Source: Malacoraja senta (taxonomy: Eukaryota). Taken from it: a stretch of 64,000 nt of DNA. Position numbers and translations under genes: made by a program. This document shows, piece by piece, positions 18,093 through 31,700 of the stretch. The stretch is from positions 7,194,001 through 7,258,000 of the forward strand of contig CM075992.1 in assembly GCA_038087875.1 (NCBI GenBank), given 5' to 3'. The notes beneath the pieces are model-generated. The model ran no database searches. It was not told the origin of the DNA and was given only the letters and a program-made list of their open reading frames with translations. Positions within the stretch are counted from its first letter, which is position 1. Every line of letters begins with the position of its first letter.

Positions 18093-18393
18093 ATTTAGTT
18101 TAGTTTAGTTTAGAGATACAGCGTGAAAGCAGCGCCTTCGGCCCACCGTGTCCACGCCCATCAGCCATCCCCGCACACTAACAATATCCTACACACACTG
18201 GGGACAATTTACCGAATTTTACCGAATCCGATTAACCTACAAACTACGTCCTTGGAGTGTGGGATGAAACCGGAAAACCCGGAGAAAACCCACGCTGGGG
18301 ACAGGGAGCACGTACAGACTCCGCACAGACAGCATCCGTAGTCTGGATCGAACCCGGGTCTCTAGCTCCTCCGCTGCACCACTGTGCCACCCC
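18093..18393 (-). mobile_element. HE1/V-SINE-like SINE
   Basis: Reverse-strand copy with a (TTTAG)n tail. Further copies at ~7748-7880, 10683-10855, 13760-14012 and 38100-38410. Confidence 0.75.
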
Positions 18394-19224
18394 TTTGTCC
18401 TTATAGCCACGGTATTTATTTAGCAGGCCTAGTTGTGGTTGTAGTAAAATGTAACATCAGATTGTTGGCGACGGGGGACTTGGCGATGGTGGAGGAATGG
18501 AATATCCAGGGGAGTTGATGACGTTCTCTTGTGTTGGAGCTGTTTATATGTGGGCATCAATCTTGTTGATAATCTATCGGCCTGTTCGCCAATGCTATTT
18601 CAGTCAGTCAGAGGAGCATCATAGCAAATCTGGATGGATTGCCATAATCGGATCGTTGAGAAATAGACAGGAGCTAAAGTCACAAAGACGCGGAGTCATA
18701 GAGCAGACAAACACAACTCATGTCGATCATGGTGCTCTATCCAAGCTCAAACTGCAATCTGGCCAGTATTCCTCAAAACCTTTCTCATCCACTCCCCTCC
18801 TTCAAATGTCTTTTAAATATTGTTATTTTACCTGCCTCAACTAATCCACCCGGCAACTCGTTGCTCCCCTTTACAGACAACTTTGAGTAAATCAGCGGAA
18901 TTTCAGACTGAGATGTCATGGCGGATAGAAAGTAATTTTAATTTAATCAGGAGACCTAACGCCTCCATTTATTCATCCGGCAATATAAGAATGATGTAAT
19001 TAAATGATGGTGGGGGGACGGTAGTTTTACTCCTTCCCGGTTACTTAACCCAGGCTCTGGGTGCTACCTGCTTGAGGTTTGATGTCATTATAGCAGTAAA
19101 TGTTCCATTTAGTCTGTCATGAAACCTAATGGGAAGAGCGATGTATACTCGAGGGATTCCTGCTGCTCTGGGAGGTGTGGATATGAATAGAGGGAAGGGC
19201 CATGATCCTGCATCCTCGCCATAT

Positions 19225-19580
19225 TTGCCATTTACAATGACATTCCACCTCCAGCATCATCTTCCCAACCCCCTACATTTCCGCTTCCATCAGGGACCAT
19301 TCCGCCCGTAACGTCACGACCCCTCTGATCCCTCTACACCCACTCCTCCGTCCCACACACTTCACATTATCAGTGCGGGAGGTGCAACACCTGTTCCGAC
19401 AATGATTCTTCCTCGCCATCAAGGGTAATAACTGCCTTTCCAGGTGAAGCAAAGATTCACGAGCACCATCTCCTGCCTCGAATACTACATTCGGTGCTCC
19501 CGGTGTGGCCTCCGCTGTATCAGTGAGACCAAATGTAGGCCAGACATCCGATATGCAGAGCAGTTACTCTCTGTCGGCAA
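19225..19580 (+). mobile_element. Degenerate Penelope-like GIY-YIG fragment
   Basis: KQRFTSTISCLEYYIRCSRCGLRCISETK, homologous to the fragment at 55591-56070. Confidence 0.65.
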
Positions 19581-19673
19581 TATAGTGATGCCGAGCTCCG
19601 TGTTGGATGACATTTCAATTGTCCTTAACATTCCAACAACGATCCCCAAACGCCGCCTACTACCCCCCCCCCC

Positions 19674-19728
<55 letters not shown>

Positions 19729-20578
19729 GCTGTCTGACACATTGTATTTAATGAAGATCCTAGAATCTGCAATACCTGGTGTTTTAGGACAAGCTGCTTG
19801 TGTAATGTAAAGTAACACTAGGCGCACATATCTCACTCGAAACTTCCGAACTATCCGACTGCGGACAAATACACAACGGGAGCCAGACAACCAGCTCTAA
19901 CAAATTATTGTACAGGAATCAGCTTAGCGGTGCAAAATAAAGAGAAAAACACGTTCCAGTGGTTTATAAACTTTCAGATCTATAGAACAATCCTACAGTT
20001 ACAAAACAGTTTATTAAATTGCCGCTGAGACGGGGAGGAACTGGGAAGTGTGTGTGGGGGAGGAGAAAGACGAGGTTAGATAGAGAGGACTGTCTAAAGA
20101 GATGAAGTTCACGTGGAAGTATTACAAGAATAATGTTTTCAAATGTATTCCATGCCAGGGAATAGAAAATAAATCCGCTTTACTTGCAGAGGTTCTGTTA
20201 CAGCTACGAAACAAGGCATGTTTATAGTTGTTAGGTTTGTGCAGCCAAAATCGTTCGAGCATTTTTAAAGGACGAGGCATAGCCTGTGAGTAGTTGGACT
20301 GGAGATCCAAGGGGACTGTAATGAACCATCTTGTCGGACGGCCCATAGTGGGATGGTAGTGAATTAGACTGCCTCTGGGGCTGAGACTTTCGAACTCTGA
20401 ACATATACTGGAGAGTAGTTTGGGGGTCACATAGTAGAGCATTCCATGAGATACATGGGGTTCTGGTGGATTTGATTGAGCTAAGGTCGTGAAGTAAGTC
20501 CATTACAGCATGCTCCAAGAATCTGCCGGGTTTAATTCAAAGTGTTGCACATAGGATTTGGGGTTGATAGGGGTGTGC

Positions 20579-20609
<31 letters not shown>

Positions 20610-20916
20610 GGGAGGGGTGTGGAGGGGTGGAGAAAGCCCTCTTTTCACTGCTAGTGGTGATGATCGAAAATTCTGCTGCGGGAGTGGCTGAAACAGACAA
20701 CTAAAGGATTTTGAAATGGCTTCTGCTCAGAACACGATTGCAAATATTGGGTAGCGCTAGTGGAGAAAAGGTGCGAAAAATGTCTAAAGCATTTTGCAAA
20801 ATGTCATCAAAGACCACGTAATTCGAATGGCCTCCTACACTGCTATCACATTCCTGCGACATGTTCCAAGCCGGTTCATTGCACATTTTGCACGAACTTC
20901 GAATTTAAGGAGAACA

Positions 20917-23900
20917 TCACTCTGCTGGTTTCTCACAGATCCACCTCTGTAAATCGCTGCACTCTTGATCATTCCAACGTCCAACACCAATCATTTCCCC
21001 ACAGTGTTCCACATCTTCCTTATTATTGGGTTCTCCCACATCCCAAAACCTATTAAAAAATATGAGCATGGAAGATATAAATGTTACAAGGATTCCTACT
21101 TCGCTCTTAACAGCCTGTAGTGCCGCAAGCATGACCTGCATTTCTTATCAAATGTTTAGATGCTATTATGAATTCCGTCTGCTGAAGGTAATCCCACAAA
21201 GTGTTTGGTTGTCTATTTCAGCATTTCGATTCAATCGATTTCGACCATAAAGAACCACCATTGAATTTCCAAGGCAGGATGGAGTGCATGTTGATCTCAA
21301 ACCTGTTGTTTCAGTTTCAGTTTCAATTTAGTTTATTGTCACGTGTACCGATGTACAGTGAAAAGCTTTTGCTGCGTGCTTTGCAGTCAGCAGAATTGGA
21401 ATACATTATTACAATCGAGCCATTTACAGTGTATAGATACACGATAAAGGAATAAGGGAATTAGTGGCGATCCTTTCCTCTTACTATCCATGTTCTGGCG
21501 AAAGAGGACGAGGCTTCGGGAGTTGCTATTTTCATCAGCCTTGGAGGTCAATGTGGTTTGTTGTGTGGATGGTGCCACAGTGCATAACTGGTGGGGAAAT
21601 TAACGATGATGAATAGTCAATGGACTGCCTCCCAAGACGTCTATTTTATCCTGTGTGGAGTCGTGCTCCATGAGAATTATTGAGGATGGATTAGCCCCCG
21701 AAATTTGAGAGATTATTCTTCACTGCCTTTGATCACGTCATTAGGAATAGGAGTAGAATTTGGCCATTTGGCCATCAAGTCTACTCTGGCATGGCTGATC
21801 TATCTCTCCTTCCTAGCCCCATTCTCCTGCCTTCTCCCATTGACCTCTGACACCTGTACTAATCAAGAATCTATCAATCTGTGCCTTAAAAATGTCCATT
21901 GACTTGGCCTCCACAGCCTTCTGTGGCAAACAATTCCCTAGAATAAAGATCAGCACAACAGGATGAGGCGAAGGAATTTTAAGGAGATACATGCATGGCA
22001 TGGGTGGATCGGTGTCTCAACTGAAAGTCTACACAGTGGAAGGTGAAGTTTTACATTTTCCTAAGAAGAATAAGAAGAGGCAAATAATTCCCTAAATTCA
22101 CCATCCTCTGACTAAAGATCAGCACAAAAGGATGAGCTGTGCTGAGAATTGCGAAGGAATTTTAAGGAGATACAAGCATGGCATGGCATGGGTGTCTCAT
22201 CTGAAAGTCTATACAGTGAAAGGTGAAGTATTACATTTTCCTAAGAAGGATAAGACGAGACATTATTAATGAGGGTCCAATTCTAATGGAGGATTTTGCA
22301 ACAAGAGAGATTTTCTTTCGCAATCCTAAGGGTCACCTGAAATTAGAAATTCATTGTTCATGCCATTGGGTTGTAGGCCACCAGGTGGATTATAAGGTTT
22401 TGACATACAGTGTTTTGTTTTCTCTTCAACATTCAACACCACAGGTCTGAAGAAGGGTTTCGGCCCGAAACGTTACCTATTTCCTTCGCTCCATAGATGC
22501 TGCTGCACCCGCTGAGTTTCTCCAGCATTTTTGTGTACCACAGATACTGAACAGAACGTGCGACCGGAAAGCAACTTACTTTACATTGGAATTATAATCG
22601 GTTCCATCTACCCAGCGCCAGTCACCTTCAGAGGCCGAATCACTCAGGCCAATCCACCGAGTGACATGAAAATATTTCTTCAAAAAGCCCTGTGATGGAA
22701 ACGGAAGGATTTTAGTTTATGTGGAAACAATAGCTGATGACAGTATTGTATTACTTGTATGTACAACCCCGTGTAATAATTATCCTACTCTATAACGTTC
22801 GTCTATTTATTAACAACTAGAGAAATGAAATGCCGGTATAGGGTGAGAGGGATATGTGTTTTGCATTTTCCATGTTTACATGTCCTGGCTACAAAGCTGA
22901 TGCCGTAAATATCAGGCAGGACTTTGACGAGGTCTTCATGGCGTTGTTCGTGTACGGAAAGCTCTTTCTGCATTTGGAGGTTAACTCGTAGAACATGGCC
23001 CACAACCGGTCTCTTACAACCACACACACAACAAGACCCTTCCACACCAAACCTCTGCTACTGGGGCTATCTCCTGTGCCATGTTGCTCAGCCTGGTCCT
23101 TTGAATACCAGCAGCAAGTTTCATATCTAACAACATGTGGCAGAGCTCAGTCTCCAGCATGATAAAGGACCCTACACTTCATCCACCTACTACTCGTCGC
23201 AAGTTCATCAGACTGACAACATTCCGCAAGATCAAGAATACCACCATTGATGTAAAGATGGAGGACCACATCCAGTTAATCCAAGCACCCATAGGCATGT
23301 CAACCAGAAGCTACCATCCTGGAAATTATTTCATTCTGCACGGCACTTCATTAGCACTTTCTAACTCATTTTTCTTCAAGACAGCAAGGGATTCGAATAC
23401 CCTATCAGCCAGCATCAGAGATCTCCAAAACATCAACACATACAAAGATGCATCTCCAAAAGCATCTCCATCTCGATTAGCACGTCCATCACCATCATAG
23501 TGCTGAGTGATGCTCAAGCTGAAGCTTTTCAGCGTATTACATCCAGATCCAGATCCAGATCCAGATGTCTACTGCTATTTCATGCGATACAAAGAAACAG
23601 GTGATATTTCCACGAAAAAACAAGTGGTGCGTGATTGCGCTCAGACTATCCCGCGTGTGAACGCAAACTGTCCGGGTCAAACATTACTTTAATTTCTAGT
23701 AGGAATAGCAACACGCTTTCATAGTGGATCAAAAGTATCACTTAGCAGGGAACGTGGTCTGCAGGTGTTATCACAGAAAAACACCTACCTGTTCTTCAGC
23801 ATTATTAATGACAACAAGGTGGGCGTCGGCTGATGCACAGGATATTTGTGCCTCCACCCAGGTGTTCGAGCTTGAGGAAAAGTGATAACAGCTTTGCTTG

Positions 23901-26900
23901 AACTTGGTCCATTCCTCGGGACAAGAAAGCACACCTGTGAAGATGTTGAGGTAAATGTCAGAAGAGTCCGCTTCAGACGGGAATATTTCCGGCCATATCT
24001 GGATGATCGAGGCGAGGGTAAAAAACCTTCACTACTCTTCCAGTTTCAATTATCGAGACAATCATCCGGACAAAACCAGGGCCAGTTTAGATCACCGTTT
24101 TACATAATAGAAAGCAGGGCGGCACGGTGGCGCAGCGGTAGAGTTGCTGCCTTACAGCGCCAGAGACCCGGTTCGATCCTGACTACGGGTGCTATCTGTA
24201 TGGAGTTTGAACGTTCTCCCCGTGACCCGCGTGCGTTTTCCCTGAGATCTTCGGTATCCTCCCACATTCCAAAGACGTACAGGTTGTGAGGAAATTGGGT
24301 TGGTCCCTGGTGTGTGTGGGATATTGTTGGTGTGCTGGTTCGTGCTGACTCGGTGGGCCGAAGGGCCTGTTTCCGCGCTATATCTCAAAACTAAACTAAG
24401 CATTGCGAAACGTGTGGGAAATATGGGTGAGGTTGATACCAGAACAAAGGTGTCATCCCAGACCATCGGGTAGCAACGAATAACCTCATTCATTGCTATT
24501 ATTCGGTGAAGGCGAAGACTGCGGAAAGATCTAACTAGAATGATGAAACTCGATATGCTTCTTTCATCCACTCTATTTTGGCTTTTCAATGCGATATCCT
24601 AAAATCCAGAGCCCCTGGTCGCTCTCCAATGCTAACATACCCTTCCTCAGATATGGAGCTCAAAACTCCGCAGAATATTCCAAATGTGGCCTGACCTGCG
24701 TCTCTTAAAGCCTCAGGATTACATCCTTGCTTTCAGATTATAGTCCCCACGAAATTAATGGCAACAGTGCGAATGCCTTCGTTACTACCGACTTAACATG
24801 CAAATTAATCTTTTGGTAATCCTGCACAAGCACTTCCAAGTCCCTTTGCATCTCCGATTTGTGAATCCTCTTCTCATTTCAATGATCACCATACTTACTC
24901 TCCCTCTTCCGTGGAGTCTCAGTCTGGAGTTTGGAGAGTTGGGCAATTGCCTTCTCAAGGTTCACTGTAACTGAAAAGGGACAATAGTTTAGATCGTTCC
25001 GAACATGTTTCTTGATTAAACCTGTTCCGACACCGGCGCTCCGGTTTCCTTTCATCGTTCATCTGAAGTCTATGGCTTCTATAGGTTAGAGAATCTGGAA
25101 CAATTGAATCGTTTTGCGATGATTCACATCATCCTGCAAGAATATAGCAGGGCCCCAAGAACCACTAGTTGCAGTTGGAGAAAATTCGGGTTAGCCACGG
25201 GCATACTGGATTGGATTAAGTGGATTGACCTTAAATTGATCTGACGTGCGCTCAGCCGGCTTTGTGCTTTTATTCCAAGCTTTTCTCCATGGTATCCCGG
25301 ACATTTTTACATTGCCATTGTAAGACTTGAGTTTTTGCTCACCATCTTTCATACCTAACGGTTTCATTCCCACCATTGGATCTCACCCTCCCTGTCAATG
25401 AATCTCTGGAATGGACGCAGCTTAGATTGCGAAGTGACTGCGCAGTGTAATGAATATTGGGCATGTCGGTGAAAGGACCTGGTATGTTGCTATTGAATAA
25501 GAGGTCACTGGGCAAATAGAGCTGAGATGGTCCCTTCGCAAGGCTGAAGCTCACTCTTTAAACTCCCCTCACATTGGGCACACAAGCGGGGACACGGTTG
25601 CCTTTCACGCTCACGATACTGGTGACCCCGCCCGAAGCAGCTGCAACCAATTCCATTCCACAGGAGTTATATCATGTTCATATCACCCTTCTATGTAATC
25701 TTCCCTTGCAGGGCAACTGGTGTCCTTGGTAAGAAAGGATGAGTAGCTGGACAGGTTTAGTAACCGCCTCACCCTCCCCAACACACCCTATCCCAGATTC
25801 ACAAGCAACTGAATCATCCGACCACAACTAGAGACAAGCCCAGAACTGCTATCTACGTCATGGGTGTCCTTCGGACTATCTTTGGTTCGATTGTAATCAT
25901 GGCTCGATTGTAATCATGTATTGTCCTTCCGCTGACTGGTCAGCACGCAACAAAGGTTTTTCACTCCACCCCCGGTACAACTGACAACAAGTTTAAGGTG
26001 AGAGAGGAAAGATTTAAAATGACCCGGCGCAACGTTTTCGCACAGTGCGTGCATTCATGGAACGAGCTGCCAAAATAATGAGAGAGGCGACTACAATATC
26101 GTCATTTAATAGACCATTCGACAGGTAAATTGATACAGAAAATTCGGTGGGTTATGGACCAGACACAGTCAAAGTGGCTTCCATTTGAGCATCAAACTCC
26201 TTGTCCTCAGAATGTATGGCCACACTCTCGAGCTTTGAAAGTGTGATCTAAGTTCTTGAAAGTCGTCCAAGCACAGCAGAATAGTCTGCGGCTCTGTGAA
26301 CTGGGACTGGACATCAGATGAGGAACAAATGCCCAGTAGCTGCTGTGCATCATCGTCGTCGCCAGCGGCCGCTGTTATCCGAGAGATGTGAGCTGTAGAG
26401 GACTGCCGTTCAGTCAAAGAACCAGCAGGTGGCGCAGCTTGTAAAATGCTGCTTTAAGAGGTCTGGACTCGAAATGTCACTTAGCTGTTTTTTTCCCACA
26501 AAAGCTGCCTAACCGGCTAACTTACTCCGGCACTTTATGATTTGACCAACTGAGGATTGAGGGAAGTGGCAGTCGTGGATAGGGATTACGGATGAGGGGA
26601 AGTTGTGAGGCAGAGACTGGCTATCCCAACGTTCAAAAAACAGTTCGACAGATACATAGATAGGAGAGGTTTGGAGGTGATATGGACCAAACACAGGCAA
26701 GTGGGACTAGTGTAGATGGGATATGTTGGCCGGCGTGGGCAAGTTGGGCGGGTGGGTGGCATGGCACAACATTATTCCCTCCACACTAGGGACAACTGAC
26801 CCATTGATTAGCAGATCTAGAGGGATAGAGAAGGTGAGATTGGATGTCTACATTACAGAGATCTGTCAGATTAGATTATGACACTCACCATTGCTCTTCC

Positions 26901-28669
26901 ATTGGGAACTTTCCATCCGAAAGTCAGCATCTGACCTCTTCATTTCACCCATCTGTACCACTGAAATAGAAACTAATATTTGAATATCACACGTCGATAT
27001 AATTTGCCCCCCCAGAACATTCTTGATGCCCATTATTCGAGGCGGGGAATGAAAGAGATGGGAGATTCTGCAGGAATTCTGTTGACCACCAGTTAGGATA
27101 TGTCAGGATATGTCATTCCTTCCACTTCCTTGCAAGCAACAAACACATCTCTGGTTGCAACAATAAACAGGGATAGAGGTCCGGGATATCTTCACAACGT
27201 TCAGGACCTTCCACTTCTCCGAATTCACCTGCTCCAAATTAGTTCCATACTGCAGCTGACGTGTTGTCGTATGTTTTTGTTAGAATACTACCGCTTATTT
27301 GATGGGGAAATCCGGAAAGGAAAGTATAACGAGCAACTGAGAAGAAAACGACACATTGACCCGTGCTTTCAAATAACCCACAATGCCCTTGATATCGGGT
27401 TACCGACTACACACACCCTCAAGCTTAAATCACGACCAGCGTTGCTCCTCGAGACTGAATTAAAGTTGCTTGCGGATCCATGTATATTCCTCAATTAGCT
27501 TTCGAAACGAATAATATTAAAGCTACAGACACTAGAAATCTAATAATTAAGAAAGAGTATGCAGGGAACGCCAAGCGTCCGTGAAACGCAAATTTAGCAA
27601 CAGAATACATAGACAAAGGTGGTTAGGTGCCCATGTAGTAGCGACTATATTTTACCGGATCACAGAAGTTCTATCTATTTCACCGCTCCCCTCCCCCCCG
27701 CACCCCCAATTTACTTGCGAACTTGTGTTATTTCTTTCTCAGTTCCAACGAATGATCTCAGATCTGAAACATTAAACGTTTCTCTGTGCAGCGATACGGC
27801 CTGACTTACTGATGGTTATCACCATTTTCAGTTTTTATTTTTACAGAACAATTTTCAATGTTTAAACTTACTCAGTATCATCGCAAGAGCAAGCGACAGA
27901 ACGGATACCACGATGCAGATACCCAGAAGAGTGTAGATAATCTTGGGTGGTAGATTTCGTAGAGCAGTATCTGCTCTTCGGAGCCAATGTTCTGCAAAGT
28001 GCAAATGAAACTAATCACGGAAAGCAAAATATTGATTCCTCCAATGGAAATTAGACCAATCCTTTCCCGGTTTAAACTTGGCGACGGCCAACGGAGCCGA
28101 CGGATATTGTCAACACCTCAATTTTCAACTGACAAAATATTTATCTTCCTTTGTCTAATCTTTACGCAAAACAGAATGGGCATAGACCTGTGTAGGGAGG
28201 TGGTGTAAGTTACACATCAGAGAAAAGCTGAAGTCTGAAGAAGGGTCTCGACCCGAAAGGTCACCTATTCCTTTTCTCCATAGATGCTGCCTGACCGGCT
28301 GAGTTACTCCAGCATTCTGTGTCTATCTGCAGACCGAAAGCATCATTCGCTCCGTACGCTGTTCAAATGGGAAGATTCAACAAAACTCACCCATCCATCC
28401 CTCTTTTTCTTCAACATTTTGCCCATCCCCCCCCCCCGCCCCTCCCCCGCAGTTAAATTCTACCCCCCCCCCCCGTTCGTTACGGTGAAAGTGTAATCAA
28501 TTCAAGCCCATTCATTTGAACTGGAAAACTAGGATAACTAGGAAACATTATAATATATTATAAACATAGTGATGAAACCTGGCTTCAGATCTTCCGGCTC
28601 AGATTCGTCTCCATTCAGCCCATCGACGTGAAACGCAGTCATATTTTTATAAATGTCCGTTAGTCCCAT
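20917..28669 (-). CDS. Locus C: complete 7-exon type II TM C-type lectin receptor, CD209/CLEC4-like, 247 aa, EPN/WND mannose-type CRD
   Basis: Exons 28579-28669 (91), 27872-27991 (120), 26889-26960 (72), 24899-24970 (72), 23789-23934 (146), 22580-22689 (110), 20917-21049 (133); 744 nt total, open frame. Protein: MGLTDIYKNMTAFHVDGLNGDESEPEDLKPEHWLRRADTALRNLPPKIIYTLLGICIVVSVLSLALAMILMVQMGEMKRSDADFRMESSQWKSNVTVNLEKAIAQLSKLQTETPRKRESVLSCPEEWTKFKQSCYHFSSSSNTWVEAQISCASADAHLVVINNAEEQGFLKKYFHVTRWIGLSDSASEGDWRWVDGTDYNSNVKFWDVGEPNNKEDVEHCGEMIGVGRWNDQECSDLQRWICEKPAE. Has six canonical Cys, WIGL, EPN and WND. The exon-1 donor (GTTTCA) is weak. Confidence 0.9.
22860..23566 (+). mobile_element. Non-LTR retrotransposon 3' fragment with an (ATCCAG)n tail, inside an intron of locus C
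   Basis: Degenerate RT C-terminal motif (…NSFFFKTARDSNTL…, an FFPRTxRxWNxL-like pattern) ending in tandem hexamer repeats at 23541-23566. Confidence 0.55.
24117..24400 (+). mobile_element. HE1/V-SINE-like SINE
   Basis: GGGCGGCACGGTGGCGCAGCGGTAGAG head, GGTTCGATCC B box, GGGCCGAAGGGCCTGTTTCC…CTAAACTAA tail. Confidence 0.8.
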
Positions 28670-28744
28670 GTTGTCGGATGGGAGATCTGGCCTGTGTTGA
28701 ACTTTTAAGTAGAAGTCAGAGAGATGACGATTTTTACCTCAAAT

Positions 28745-28752
28745 AGTTCCTC
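28745..28752 (-). promoter_or_regulatory. Candidate PU.1/ETS site (GAGGAACT) ~76 bp upstream of the locus C ATG; conserved in position across paralogs
   Basis: The same motif lies 73-76 bp upstream of the ATG in A (2309-2316, GAGGAAGT), D (33106-33113), E (44114-44121), F (45369-45376) and G (54981-54988). Confidence 0.5.
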
Positions 28753-31700
28753 AATCTGCACTTCCAATTTTAGGTGCAATTCAGCACAATTCCAAATATA
28801 TTTTGCTGAATTGATGGCATTGCAAAAATACTTCTGCTGTTAGATTCTGTGTTCAAGTGACATTACTCTGACCTCGATGTGACCTCGATACCTGCCCTAG
28901 ACGTCTTCTCAGACTGGGGATTTAATGCAGATCTCTGTGCAAGTGTGTACACCCACTGTTAGTTTGACCCCAGGTGAAAAGTTACATTGAAATGGGGCCC
29001 AGGAGCTCGGCCTTTGAAGCTGCGCCACCACCTTAAAGTCGTTGGCTGATGTAAAACCATGGACGGATGGCGGCACAGCGACATTCACGAAACCAGAATT
29101 AAGACAAAGCATGGTCGCTGGATATGTATCCATAATTCTAAATCCAGCGACCGTTGATATTTTTTTTGCATATTCTGGGGAGTTAATTAATGATTTCTAC
29201 CAAGCCTTTCCCGCTTGTCATGCTGAGTGTTTCCAACATTTTCTGTTCCGATTGTACGTTTCCGGCATACCTATGATTTTCAGATTCCAGATCTAACCCG
29301 AGCAGAGAATAGAGATTTTGCAATTTGCTTAAGTCACGGACATAGCCATATGTAACCTGAGGTACAAGGAATGAAGAATCCTCGCTCCATTCACACCATT
29401 TTCCCTCTCGACCTTCACTGACCAGTAACTCACCACCTCCACCTTAGACGCCCCCACCACAACGGTCAACATGCGGACAAATCACCCTCGTTCTCAGGTA
29501 TTTCTAAGCCCACAACTCTGCTACACGCTATATTAATATTGTTATATGATTAATATTGTAAAATGGGTTAAGAGGACGGTTATGGGATACTCTTGATCAT
29601 CACAAGTTTATTTCACCCTTTGGTTCTAACAGGCAATATTTTTGTTTGAAGGCTCCATGTCTCCTGACCACGTATTTTCTCAGCCTACAAGATATGTCCC
29701 TTTCATTGCAATGCTGGAATCTTGAGCAAAACATAAATCAGCAGGTGGCCTTATAGAGGTGTATAAAATCATGATGGGAATAGATCAATAGATGCACACC
29801 GTCTCTTGCTCAGAGTAGGTGAATCGAGGACCTGAGGACTAGGTTTCAGGCGAAGGGGAAAATATTTAATTAGAATCCGAGGGGTAAATTTTTCACACCA
29901 AGGGTGGTGGGGGTACGGAACAATCTGCCAGGGGAGGTACTTGAGGCCGGGACTATCCAACGTTTAAGAAACAGCTAGACAGGTACGTGGATAGGATAGG
30001 ACCAAACGCAGGCAGGTGGGGCTCGTGTAGCTGGGACATGTTGGTCGGTGTGGGCAAGTTGGGCCGATGGTAATGTTTCCGCGCGGTACAACCCTATGAC
30101 CCTATGACAGAGTGGAGGACGAACTCAGGCTGTATCTGTGGGGTGACCCAACGCGAAAAGTCGTCCGTCCTTTCCCTCCTCAGATGCTGCCCAGCCGCCG
30201 AATTCCTCCAACATTTTATGTTTTGCCCCTTTCATTGTTAATCACCGCACTGAGGTTTTTCGATGAATGTCAGTTCCATATCTGTAAATTGCTCAATGAT
30301 GTGATGTTTACTAATGTTTACCTGACTTCTCTTCCCCATTGTCTGCACTTCGGTGAGCAGAAAAAAGAATATAGATATTTTGATGGGCCTCGTCATGTTC
30401 CATGTTCTTCGCTGGAAAAATGTCTTGCTTCTGAAAAGCATGAAGGAATCAATTCTGAATCATAAACTTCCATTTTCTGAATACCCGCTACTTTCTGAGA
30501 AACTCGGCCGTGAATATGGATTTTGAGGAACTCGGGGATATTTTTAAGCCTTTCTTTCTTGATGTGGACGTGGACGCATTTGCAGCAAGGCGACACAAAA
30601 GTAAACTTGCATTGCACCCTCCATGCTATTAGTTTCCCTCCTAGAATGGGTTATACAAAAAGCCCTCTATCTTTCCTAGCTGATCTCTCCTGCTCAAAGC
30701 CGAGTTTCAACAATTTCATTGTTCAACGATGGTTTGTGCGTCCACGTTGCATCCAGAGTGCATTGCACAAGCATTCAGTTTCCACTTTGAGTGTTATCCT
30801 ATTACTGGGTGTATGATCCTAAATTACTTTAAAGAACGGACTGTAACTTTGAGACATAAAATACAGGCAGATGTTTAAATTAATCCTGATATAGTGTACA
30901 TTCTGGGAAAGGAGTCCAAGCCTCAATTGAGCAGGCAGCAACATTCTCGCACCCTTTCATTTCCCCTCGCAAACCCTTTCATATTGTGCCCCAAGTCCGC
31001 GCACGATCCGACATCTTTTGTATTCATTCTTTTGTCTGAATGTACCGTCTTTTGTCCGAATGTGCCCCACACATATTCCCTCTATCCACAGACTCCCTCT
31101 GGTACACGCTCCATTTCTCTTCACACTCGGCTTCTCAAGCATTTGCTCTTTCTCCATACTCTAACAACGACGCCATCTTTCTCTGCCCATCTTATTCCCT
31201 CTCTCCATACGCAACCCTTACTCCCTTACGTCGTGTTCATCTTACATTGGTGGTGAATCTAGTTTCCATTATCTACACCGTGTCCAACTGGTACACTGTT
31301 CAATATCTTTCTACTTTGAGGTAATCGTGGATTTCCCCGGAATTAACCAGCCGCCGAGGTGAGGAATTTCTCCCCAGCTCGGACCGCAGTTGCCAATGTA
31401 CATCCTAAAGATGGCGCACATTTGCACATCCCCGTCGGTGCAAAGAGCCTCTCAGCCCCAATCCCTTCCGGGGTCGCTTTCTGACATCTCTCATACCTCC
31501 AAACCCCATTGGCCATGGGCCCCTTTTGCTTTACCTCATCGCAGGACCCAGGCTCAGAGTGGAGGTACATGTGCTGAATGCAATCCACATTTCCCAAGGC
31601 CAGTTTATCCCTTTACAGGCTCGAAGACCAAAACCACACAGAGCCCTCCATGCTTGGTCTTATAGAAGGCCCTGGGTTGCCATCTCTCCTCTAGGGATTT

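Noticed and set aside
24117..24190. tRNA-like sequence with A and B boxes
   Set aside because: It is the head of a multi-copy SINE and continues into the SINE core and tail; not a tRNA gene.
27920..27945. IxYxxL (IIYTLL, IAYTLL, IMYILL) in every TM exon matches the ITIM consensus
   Set aside because: It forms the start of the hydrophobic membrane span, so it is unlikely to be accessible to kinases or SH2 domains.
29042..29296. Duplicated plus-strand ORFs upstream of C/F (also 27100/51615, 27987/54217, 32941/44095)
   Set aside because: Their recurrence reflects recent segmental duplication of non-coding DNA; they have no recognisable domains and their stops and frames differ between copies.
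31343..31700. GC-richer segment with overlapping ORFs between C and D
   Set aside because: No recognisable protein motif or convincing splice sites; left unassigned.
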